Below are positions 12,324 through 24,300 of a DNA stretch of 64,000 nt, piece after piece. Origin of the DNA: Chiloscyllium plagiosum. Lineage: Eukaryota. Position 1 is the first letter of the stretch, and every line of letters starts with the position of its first letter. The notes under the pieces are model-generated. The model saw only the letters and a program-made list of their open reading frames with translations. It made no database searches and had not been told where the DNA came from. The DNA lies in contig NC_057740.1 in the NCBI RefSeq assembly GCF_004010195.1, forward strand, positions 20,046,405-20,110,404, in the 5' to 3' direction. The position numbers were made by a program, and so were the translations under genes.

Positions 12324-15300
12324 GTGAGTAGAAACTATTTTTCATCATTTTGGGGAATATTGTTTGTTCATCCATATTTATCTCAATTATACCAAGATTA
12401 TTTTGTGCTTTATTGACTGATTCATTCCGAGTATCCATATTGGGCTTTATACTGATCAACTTACAGTTGACTAGGTAAACAACAGTCGGTTGAAGTTAGC
12501 ATATTGCAATTGTCTCACTTCTCCAGCAGCTGGTAAACCTGCCTATGTCCAGAGTGAATACTTGACATCTTTCTTGTCATTAATGCAGCAGATTTAGATT
12601 GAATAATAATTAATTTTTGAAATCCATTTTCATGGGACCTCCCATTGTTCCTGGCAATTCTGGTTACTATTTCAGCAATAGAGTCTTGATCTTCCAATAC
12701 ATCTTCAGTATGTTTCTGTGTGTGGAGTAAACTGTTTTCCTCTTTTTCCACAGCTTTAATTCCACTTTTAACTCCAGCAGAGGAACCAAATCTGACTGCC
12801 TACAATGTGACATTTATTATAAGTAGTCCATCATTCCAAGATATTGAATTAAACTCTTCCAATCAGACAAGCTTGATTGAAAATGAGGTGAGATAATTCA
12901 ACAAATCTATTTGAAGGGGAAATTTTTGTTTCACGTTTCTTTTGCTTCTTGATGTAAATATGTTTGATTTCATTTCCTGTAGCTCAATGATCTGTTCAAA
13001 AACAGCAGCATAAATGCTACGTTCTTCAGTTGCAGATTTCAATCGCTCAGGTAAGAAATATTACAACTCATATGCAATATTGAGAAGGATCTTGCACATG
13101 AGTCTTGCACTCAGAACATTACAGTGACTGATAAATTAATAGTTAACCAGAAGGAAGAAGTCATTGTTATTATACGGCATGGATGTGTAATGAAATGTTG
13201 ATGGCAAAGAGTTTTCTTTGCTGACAAATGATTTATCTATAAAAATTTCCCTCCACTGAAGTCATCATGTTTATTTTGGTGATGTGGTAACTACATCAGA
13301 TCAAAGTTCCTCCCTTTGATACTAATCTTCTTTCAATGATTTGCAGCATGGTCGATGGTGACAGCAGCACAGTGACGGCAATGTGTTCCTTCAAAAATGA
13401 CTCTACCATTCAGGAAATTGATAGAGTGCTTGTGTATCATGTGTTTGAAAATAAGTCGAAAGATGCTTCGACATTGGGGCCATACACATTGGACAAAGAC
13501 AGCCTCCATGTAAATGGTAGTTATCCAGTCAATATTTTGCCTAACAGTTTGTTTATCTCACATTGTATGCATTGACAAATAGGTAAACAGAGTCTCATGC
13601 ATCATACCAACCACCTCTTGCAATGGAAGGGAATTTGTGCATAGTAACATTTCAAATCCCCTAATATTATCTCAAGCACCACTTGCAATGGAAGGGAACA
13701 GGTGCAAAGTCACAATACAAATCCCCTAACATTAGTTGATCAGAAGGACAGGGTCTATGTAGACAAAGAATATCTAGTCTCAAAATTGCAACCATGCAGA
13801 TTGTGGAATTAAGCCTAGATTCTCTGTATTGTGTTAATAATTTGACAGTATGTCAGCACCATAAATTCTTTTTACACTGGATTGTAACATCTATTGCATC
13901 CCAGAACCAATCATAATTCTGGAATTCAGTTCAGAATCCTTTGAACTCTTTTAAAAGAGTGTCAGACAACTTCCTTCATTTCTTTGTCCCCTTGAAAGCA
14001 AGAAGACAAAAGAGACTACTATGAAAAATGTATTAAATTCTCAGTCAGTTTCTCTTTGAGTTTGGCACTATCTTTTAACATCTGCACATGTAAGTATTTA
14101 TATGTTACACCGAGTCCTTAATGCATTTGGATTTTGCTGTAATATTTAAAGCAATATCTTTGAACAACCATGATATCACACATTGCACATTTCACACAGC
14201 AGATGGCTGGAAACAATGCAGATTAAAAATTACATTTCTACAACATGCCAATTAAATGTTTAGCTCATTTGACAACTGTCAATGTGATGTGGTTCTTCAA
14301 ATTAATTGTGGTTCCAACATTGCACAACTGACAGTTTTCACAAAAACATCTGGAAATTCCTCATTTGATGTTATTTATATTGACTGTTTTCACATTCATC
14401 TGAAAGGTCTTCTCGGAGACTGGACGTGGATCAGCTTGGTTGTTATTGACATCTTACATCATTTCTTGCACATTTATTTAATGAGACACATTTTGATAGC
14501 TTTGTCTGACAGTGTGATGTTCTTTTTGTTACAGATTACCATGAGGACCGTCTTATAACCAGTGAGTTGAAACCATTTCTCTTTTTTATTTTGAAATATT
14601 GTCTGCTTGTCCACATTTATCTCAATGCTCTCAACATTGTCTTGTCATTTAATTAATGATTCAGTCAAAGTTTCCAGATTATCTTCGGCATTATACTGAT
14701 TAATTATAGTTGAATAGGTGAATGTGTATTGTTTAAAGTCAGCGTGCTGCGATTGTAAGCATTTATGTGGTAGCCGGTATGCTTGCACAAATTCAGGGGC
14801 AATGATTGACATCCTTTCTGTCACTAATGCAGCAGATTTAGATTGAATAATAATTAACTCTTGAAATCAATTTTCATGTGATCTCCCGTTGCTGCTGATA
14901 AATCAGGCCACTCCTTCTCCAATAGGCTCTCGTTCTTTCAATACATCCACAGTCTGTTTCTTTGTGTGGGATAAACTGTTTTCCTCTTTTTCCAAAGCTG
15001 CAATTCCACTTGTTACTCCAACAGAGGAACCAAAACTTACTGACTACAATGTGACATTTACTATAAGTAGTCCATCATTCCAAGACATTGAATCAAACTC
15101 TTCCAATCAGACAAGAATGATTGTAAATGAGGTGAGATAATACTACAATCTATTTGGAGGTGAAATTATACTTCCAAACCTCTTTCGTCTCTTTACCTAA
15201 AGTATGTTTTGTTTTCTTTCCATGTAGCTTGAAGAACTATTCAAAAACAGCAGCATAAATGCTACATTCTCCAGTTGTAGATTTCATTCACTCAAGTAAG

Positions 15301-18300
15301 AAATATTGCAATTCATATGTAATATTTACAACGATCTTCAGCTTGCATCTTGCAATCTGAAGATTACATGAATGCTAAATTAACAGTTATCCAGAAGGAA
15401 GAAGTCATTATTATGACTTGGAGTGGATGTGCAATGAAATGTTGATTACACAGAGCTTTGCTGACAAATGTTTTGCCTGTCAAAACTGTCCTCCATTGAA
15501 GTCATCGTCTTTATCTTGATGACGTGGTGACTACATCAGATCAAAGTTCCTACCTTTGATGCTAATCTTCTTTCAATATTTTGCAGCATGGTCGATGGTG
15601 ACAGAAGCACAGTGACGGCAATGTGTTCCTTCAAAAACGATTCGACCATTCAGGACATCGATAGAGTGCTTGTGTATCATGTGTTTGAAAATAAGACCAA
15701 AGACGTTTTGAAGTTGGGGCGATACACATTGGACAAAAACAGCCTCTATGTAAATGGTAGTTATCCAGTCAATATTTTCCCTAACTTTGTTTATCACACT
15801 TCCTATGTATTGATAAATAGGCAAACAAAGTCTCATGCATTATACCAAACACCTCTTGCAATGGAAGGGAACATGTGTAAAATCACAGTTTAAATCCCCA
15901 AACATTAGTTGGTCAGAAGGATAGAGTCTATGGTGAACCATGCAATGTTTTTGCTGGCAAAGGATATTGTTTATGCAACACCTCTCTGAGTTCAAAATTG
16001 CATTCATGCAGATTGTGGGATTAAGTCTAAAATCCCTCTACTGTGCTGACAGTATATCAGCACCATAAATTCTTATTAAACTGGATTGTAACATCTATTG
16101 CATCCCAGAACAAATCATAATTTTGGAAGTGTGTTCAGACAATGTTTTGAACTTTTTCAGAAGTATATCAGACACCTCACTCCATTTCTTTGTCCCCTTG
16201 AAAGAAAGAAGACAAAAGAGACTATTGTGAAAAATGTATTAAATTTTCAGTCAGTTCCTCTTTGAGTTTGGCACTACCTTTTGACATCTGCACACACAAC
16301 ATACATGAAGGTATTTATATGTTACACTCAGTCCACATTTTGGGTTTTGTTGTAATATTTAGAGCAATATCTTCAAAAACCATGATATCACACATTGCAT
16401 ATTTCACACAGGAGATAGCAGGAAAAATTACATATTAATAATAACATATCAACAACATGCAAATGAAATATCCGGCTCATTTGATTTGAAATTAAATGCG
16501 CTCTCAACACTGAACAAGTAAACATGTCCACAAAAACATTTTACTAACCTCCTCAGCAATGTTACTGGCACCTTGACAGTTTTTAGTTTCATCTTAAAGC
16601 TCTTCTTGAAGTCATTGACATGATCCGATTGGCTGCTCTTTCAGTGTTAGTTCAGTTGTTACATGTTTAATTAGCGAGATACATTATGCTAACCTTGTGA
16701 CTTTCTATTGTTTCTAGATTACCATGAGGTACAACTTCTGACCAGTGAGTAAATACATTTCATCTTGCTCAGAAAGATTTTCTGCTTGTGCAAATTTTTC
16801 TTTTTCTGTTTGGGAAGTAGATGGTGTGATTTAATGAATGATTCATCAGGTGTATCATCAGGTTACCTTGGCCTTAATACACATTAACCTGGAGATGAGT
16901 AGGTAAAGTACTATTGCTTGAAGTCAGTGTGTTGAAATTGACAGTACTGAAGAGGTAGCTGGTTAGTTTCAATGAATTCAGGGAGGATGCTTGTCATCTT
17001 TCTTTACATTAATGCAACTGATTTAGATTAAATCATAATTAACTGTTGAATTCAATTTTTACGGAATCTCTCATGGATCTTGTCCACTTAATCTGTCCAC
17101 TATTTCAACAACAGGCTGTCACTCTTTCAATATATTCTCAGTTTGGTTCTTTGTGTGAGATAGATTATTTTCCTCTTTTTCCACAGCTGCAATTCCACTT
17201 GTTACTCCAACAGAGGAACCAAAACTTACCGACTACAATTTGACATTTATTATAAGTAGTCCATCATTCCAAGACATTGAATCAAACTCTTCCAATTTGA
17301 CAGGCATGATTGTAAATGAGGTGAGATCATTCAACAATGTATTTGAAAAGTAAATTATAGTTCCAAACCTTTTACGTCTCTTTACTGAAAGTATGCTTTG
17401 TTTTATTTTCCTGTAGCTCAATGAACTATTCAAAAACAGCAGCATAAATGCCACATTCTCCAGTTGCAGATTTCATTCACTCAAGTAAGAAATATTGCAA
17501 TTCATATGTAATATTTACAATAATCTTGAGCTTGAGTCTTGCACTCAGAACATTACATGAATGCTAAATTAACAGTTATCCAGAAGGAAGAAGTCATTGT
17601 TATTACACAAAATGGATGTGCAATGAAATGTTGATTGCACAGAGCTTTGCTTTGCTGCCAAATGATACACCTGTCAAAATTCTCCTCTATTGAAGTCTTT
17701 ATCTTGGTGATGTGGTGACTATATCAGATCAATGTGGCGACCTATGGTGCTAATCTTCTTTCGATGTTTTGCAGCATGGTCGATGGTCACAGCAGCACAG
17801 TGACGGCAATGTGTTCCTTCAAAAATGATTCTACCATTCAGGACATCGATAGAGTGCTCGTTTATCGTGTGTTTGAAAATAAGACCAATAATGTTTCAAA
17901 GTTGGGGCCATACACATTGGACAAAGACAGCCTCCATATAAATGGTAGGTATCCAGTCAATATTCGGCCTACTCTTTGTTAATCTCATATGCTATGTATT
18001 GATGAATGGGTAGTCAGTGTTCTAATGCATTATCCCAAGCACCACTTGCACTGGAAGGGAACATGTACAAATCCCTGAACATTAGTTGGTTAGAAGGAAA
18101 GAGTCTATGTTGAATTATGCTGACAAAGAATATCATCTATGCAACACCTCACTGAGCTCAAAATTGCATTCATGCAGATTCTGGATTAACCTTAGATTCT
18201 CTGTATTGTGCTAATAATCTGGCAGTATGTTAGCACCATAAATTATTTTTAAACTGGATTGTAACACCTATTGCATCCCAGAACCAATCATAATTATGGA

Positions 18301-21300
18301 AATGTGTTCAGAATTTTTTTTGAACTCTTTCAAAAGTATGTTAGACAATTTACTCCATTTCTTTGTCCCTTGAAAGAAAGAAGACAAAAGAGACTACTGT
18401 GAAAAATGTACTAAATTCTCAGTCAGTTCCTCTTTGAGTTTGGCACTATGTTTTAACATCTGCACACACAAGATACATGAAGGTATTTACATGTTACACT
18501 CAGTCATTTAGAATTTACTATAATATTTGGACCATTATCTTCTAAAAACCATGATATCATCCAATGTACATTTCACACAGGAGATAGCAGGAAACATTTC
18601 AGATTAATAATAACATCAACAACATTCTAATGAAATATTCAGCTCATTTGACTTGAAATTAAATGTGTTCCCAACACTAAACAAATTAATATGTCCTCAA
18701 AAAGGCCTACAAACCTCCTCAGCAATGTTATTGGCACTTGACAGTTCTTAGTTTCATCTTAAAGATGTTGTTGGAGTCATTGACATTGATCCAATTGGTT
18801 GGTCTTTCAGTGTTAGTTCAGTTATTACACATTTCATGAACAAGAAACATTATGCTAACCTTGTGATTTTCTATTGTTTCTAGATTACCATGAGGCACAA
18901 CTTCTGACCAGTGAGTAATTGCATTTCATCTTGTTTGGAAAGATTTTCTGCTTGTGCAAATTATTCTGTTTTTGGTTAGGAAGTATACATTGTGATTCAA
19001 TGAATGATTCCTCAGATGTATCATCAGATTACCTTGGCCTTAATTCTGATTATCTTGTAGAGGAATAAGTAAAGTACTATTGCTTAAAGTCAGTGTGTTG
19101 AAATTGACTTAGTCTGTACACAAGTTCAGCAACAGGCTCTCACTCTTTTGATACATTGTCTGATCATTCATGAAGTAACTTTCGAGTGAATAATAATTAA
19201 TTGTTGAAATCAATTTTCATACGATCTCCCATTGCTCCTGTCAAATCTGGCCACTATTTCAGCAATAGGCTTTCGTTCTTTGTGTGGGATAAACTGTTTT
19301 CCTTTTTTTCCACAGCTTCAATTCCACCTGTAACTCCAAGTGGAGAACCAAAACTGACTGACTACAATGTGACATTTGTTATAAGTACTCCATCATTCCA
19401 AGACATGGAATCAAACTCTTCCAATCAGACAAGCATGATTGCAAATGAGGTGAGATAATTCAACAAATCTATTTGAAGGGGAAATTTTCATTTCACATTT
19501 CTTTTGTCTCTTTGCCTAAAGTATGTTTTGGTTTCTTTCCTTTAGCTCGATGGATTATTCAAAAACAGCAGCATAAATGCGACGTTTTCCAGCTGCAGAT
19601 TTCATTCATTCAGGTTAGAAACATTGCAATTTATACACAATATTTACAATGATCTTGCACTTGAGTCTTGCTCTCAGAACATTTCAGTGATTGATAAATT
19701 AATGGTTATCCATAAGGAAGAAGTTATTATTATTGCAAAGATCAGATGTGCAGAGAAATGTTCATTGCACAGAGCTGTGCTTTGCTGACAAATGATGCAC
19801 CTGTAAAAGTTGTCCTCCACTGATGTCATCATGTTTCTCTTGGTGATGTGATGGCTCCATCAGATCCAAGTTCCTACCTTTGATGCTAATCTTCTTTCAA
19901 TATTTTGCAGCATGGTTGATGGTGACAGCAGCACAGTGACAGCAATGTGTTCCTTCAAAAATGATTCTACCATTCAGGACGTCGATAGAGTGCTTGTGTA
20001 TCATGTGTTTGAAAATCAAACGAAAGATATTTCGAAGTTGGGGCCATACACATTGGACAAAGACAGCCTCTATGTAAATGGTAGTTATCCAGTCAATATT
20101 CTGCCTAACTCTTTGTTTGTTACATATGCTCTGTTCTCATGAATGGGTAGACAGTGTTCTAACGCATTACACCAAGCACTACTTGCAATGGCAGGGAACA
20201 TTTGCAAAGTCACAATTCATGTCTTGTACCATTAGTTGCTCAGAAGGACAGAGTCTATGCTGGATAGTGCAATTTTTTGCTGACAAAAAATAATATGTAC
20301 AGAATAGCTCTCTTAGCCAGATATTGTATACATTCCAATTGGACGATTGAGGGAAGAATCCATGCACCATTTTAATACTGTGACAATATGACAGCAGCAT
20401 AACTTCTTATTATGCTGGATTGTATCATCTGTTGCATTTCAGAAGAAATCATAACTCTGTAATTGAGTTTAAACATTTTTGAACAATTTCTGAAGTTTCA
20501 GGCATCTTATTCCATTTGTTTATGCCCTTAACAGAAAGAAAGCAAAAGAGATCACTGGAAAAAACATATTAAATTCTCAGTTAGCTCCTGTTTGCACTTG
20601 ACATTCCTTTTTGATGTCTTCACACACAAAATAAATGAAGGTTTTTGCATGAGATACCCAGTCCACAATTTGTTTTCGATTTCACAATAATATTTATACT
20701 AATATTTTCTCAAATTCTTGATCTGGTTTATTTTACATTTTTGATGGAGACTGCAGGAAATGTTCCAAATCAATAATTACATTACACCAACATGCTAATT
20801 CAATGGTTTACTCATTTGACTGCTGTCGAGAATGTGGAGCTGGAAAAGCACAGCAGGTCAGGCAGTATCCCAGGAGCAGGAGAATCGACGTTTTGGGCAT
20901 AAGCTTTTCATCAGGCCTGAAGAACAGCTTGTGCTCGAAATGTTGATTCTCCTGCTCCTCGGATGCTGCCTGACCAGCTGTGCTTTTCTAACACCACAAT
21001 CTCAACTCTGATCTCCAGCATCTGCAGTCCTTACTTTCTCCTCATTTGACTGCTGTCAAGGTGATGGGGTTTTCAACTGAATGTGCTCCCAACATTGAAC
21101 AAATAAAAGTTTCCATAAAATGTCTTAACATTCCTCCCCGGATGTTACTGACATTCAACAGTTCTTACATTCTCCATAAAACTGTTTTTGGAGTCGTTGT
21201 CATTGATTGGATTGGTTACTATTAGCGCATCAATTCAATTATTGCACCTTTAATTCATGAGAAACATTGTGATAACCTTGTGTAGCAACTTGATCATCTT

Positions 21301-24300
21301 TTTGTTTTAGATTATCATGAGGCACGTCTTGTAACCAGTGAGTATTGATACTTTTCTTATTGTCAGGAAATGGCTTAAATTCATGAAATTTATCTTTTTT
21401 TTGTAAAGATTGTGGTATAATTTTATGAATAATTCATTTGTAGCATCATCATATTATTTTGGCCTTAATATTGATGAATGTTTAGAATAGTAAGTCAAAT
21501 ACAATGGGTTGAAGTGAGTGTGTTGAAATTCCTCAATGCAATAGTTTAGATTATTTACAGTGTGGAAACAGGCCCTTTGGCCCAACAAGTCCACACTGAC
21601 CCTCCAAAGAGTAACCCACCCAGACCCATTTCTCCCTGACCAATGCACCTAACACTATGGACAATTTAGCATGGCCAATTCACCTGACCTGCACATCTTT
21701 GGACTGTGGGAGGAAAACGGAGCACCCGGAGGAAACCCACACAGACATCGGGAGAATGTGCAAACTCCACACAGACAGTCACCCGAGGTGGGAATTGAAC
21801 CTTTGTCCCTGGTGCTGTGAGGCAGCAGTGCTAGCCACTGAGCCACCATGTGCCCCATGGTTAGCTTCCATGCAACTTGGGAAGAATGCTTGATATATTT
21901 CTTGTCATCAATATTCAATGCATCAATTAATGCATCAATATTCAATTACTACTTGAAACCAATTTTCATGCTATATCCAATATATTGGTTAATCTGGCTA
22001 GTCTTTCCACAGTGGGGTATTCTTCTTCTCTGGTAAGTTTCTTTCCTTGCGTAGAATTAACAGTTTTCCTCTTTTCCTACAGCTGCATTGCCACGTGTAA
22101 CTCCTACGGCGGAACCAAGTCTTGTTGACTATAATGTAACATGTATTATAAGTAGTCCATCATTCCAAGACATTGAATCAAACTCATCCAGTCATACAAG
22201 AATGATTGTAAATGAGGTGAGATCATTCTATAAATCATTTCTGAGAAGACATTCCTTCCAAATTTCTTTTGTTTTGACCTAAATTATGTTTTTCTTCCTT
22301 TCCCTATAGCTCGATGACCTTTTCGAAAATAGCAGCATAAATATAACATTCTCCAGGTGCAGGTTTCATTCATTTAGGTAAGTAATATTGCCACTTATAC
22401 AAAACATTTGCAATGATCTTGCACTGGACTCTTGCACTCAGAATATTGCAGTTAATGTTTCAATATTAATGTGTGAATTAATTTGCCAACATTGACAAAT
22501 ATTTAGAATGAACAAGATGTCACTTACAAAGAATGGATCTGCAGAGAAAGGTTGTTTTTCTTTGCTGACAAATGACTTCCATCCTAAAATTATCCACTCC
22601 TAATTCTTGTCTTTGTTAGAATGATTATTATGTTGCATCAAAGTTCCTGCCTTTGATGCTAATCTTTGTTTAATATTTTGCAGCATGGTAAATGGTGACA
22701 GCAGCGCAGTGACAGCAATATGTTCCTTCAGAAATGATTCTACCTTTCAGAACATTGACAGAGTCCTTGTGTATCATGTGTTTGAAAACAAGACCAAAGA
22801 TGTTTCTAAGTTGGGCCCATACACTTTGGACAATGACAGCCTCTATGTAAATGGTACTCATCCAGTCATTACTTAATTTAGGTTCTGTGTGGTCAGTTCA
22901 TATATAGGCACAGTTGTTGTGTAGAATACTAAGCATCTCTTCAAATGTGAGGAAATGAATGCAAAGATTTTTATTACTGGTGTCACACATGCTGAGATAC
23001 AGTGAAAAGTATTGTATTGCATGCCAACCAGATAAATCATACTGTACATAAGTACATCAGGGTAGTAAAACCGAATGCAGAAATAGTGTTACAGCTACAG
23101 AAAAAATGCAGAGAAAAAGCAACTCTAGTGCGTGATAGAAGAGAGTGGAAGAGAGTATCATATTTAACTAAATATTATAGTATTTAATAATTAAGATTAT
23201 TTATGACATGACAATAAGATGAATTGTGGTACCTTCCTGTGACACTTCTATCTTTTTACATTTCTAGATTACCACGAGACACGTCTTGCAAGCAGTAAGT
23301 ATGCTTAATGATGAATTTGTGAGGAATAATCAACATTCCAGCATAACTACTCTAATTAAAAATTTGTTTTATATTTGCTATGCCATTCTATATTAAACAC
23401 TCCATTCATGGAAGTTATTTTGGACCGAATGACTCCAGGTTATTCCTGAATGGCAGGACTGATACACAGTGAGAGAGACTGAATCAATTGGGACTATATT
23501 CACTAGGGTTTAGAAGAATGATGGGGGTCTCAGGTAAACTTATGAAAGTCTGGCTGTATTGGATTGGGTAGATGCAGGAAGGATGTTCTTGGTGTCCAGG
23601 GAGTCCAGAACCAGCCATCACAGGCTGGGGTAAGGATTTGAGAACAGAGATTATTTTGTCACCCAGAGAGAGGTGAATCTGTGAAATTCTCTGCCAGAGT
23701 TCCTAAGTTCATTTGATTGTGGCTGATATGCTCCTCACCCCTATTTTCCTGCCTTCTCTCCATATCCCTTCAACCCATTACCAATTAAAAATCTGTCTAA
23801 CTCCTCCATAAACTTACTCACTGTCCCAGTATCCATCACATTATAGGGTAACAAATTTCACAGATTAGCAACCCTTTCGGTGAAGTAGTTTCTTAACTCT
23901 GTTTTAAATTTTCTACCCCTAATCCTAAAACAATGACCTCTCATCTGAGAATGCCCCACAAGAGGAAGCATCCGTTCCATGTCTATTTTATCCATACCTT
24001 TTATCATCTTGAATATCTTAATTTGATCTCCTTTCATTTTGCTAAATTCCAGAGTGTATAGGCCTAAACTGTTTAATCTCTCTTCATATGACAAACCCCT
24101 CCTCTTTGGGATCAATCTAGTCAACCTCCTCTGAACTGCTTCCAATACCACTACATCTTTCATAAAATGAGAGGACCAAAACTGTGCACAATACTCCAGG
24201 TGCCATCTTACCAATATAGTTGCAACAATACTACCTTGCCTTTATATTCTTTTTCTTTAGCTATAAAAGCCAATCTTCCATTCACTTTTTTTATTATCTG

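Larger units (their letters stand above)
11510..23000 (+). repeat. Tandem segmental duplication, ~2.2-kb period (modules P0-P5 including introns)
   Basis: Exon D starts at 12297, 14535, 16718, 18884 and 21311. Intronic strings recur in successive units (tctttgtccccttgaaag, tctttgagtttggcacta, cagaaggaagaagtcatt). Confidence 0.92.
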
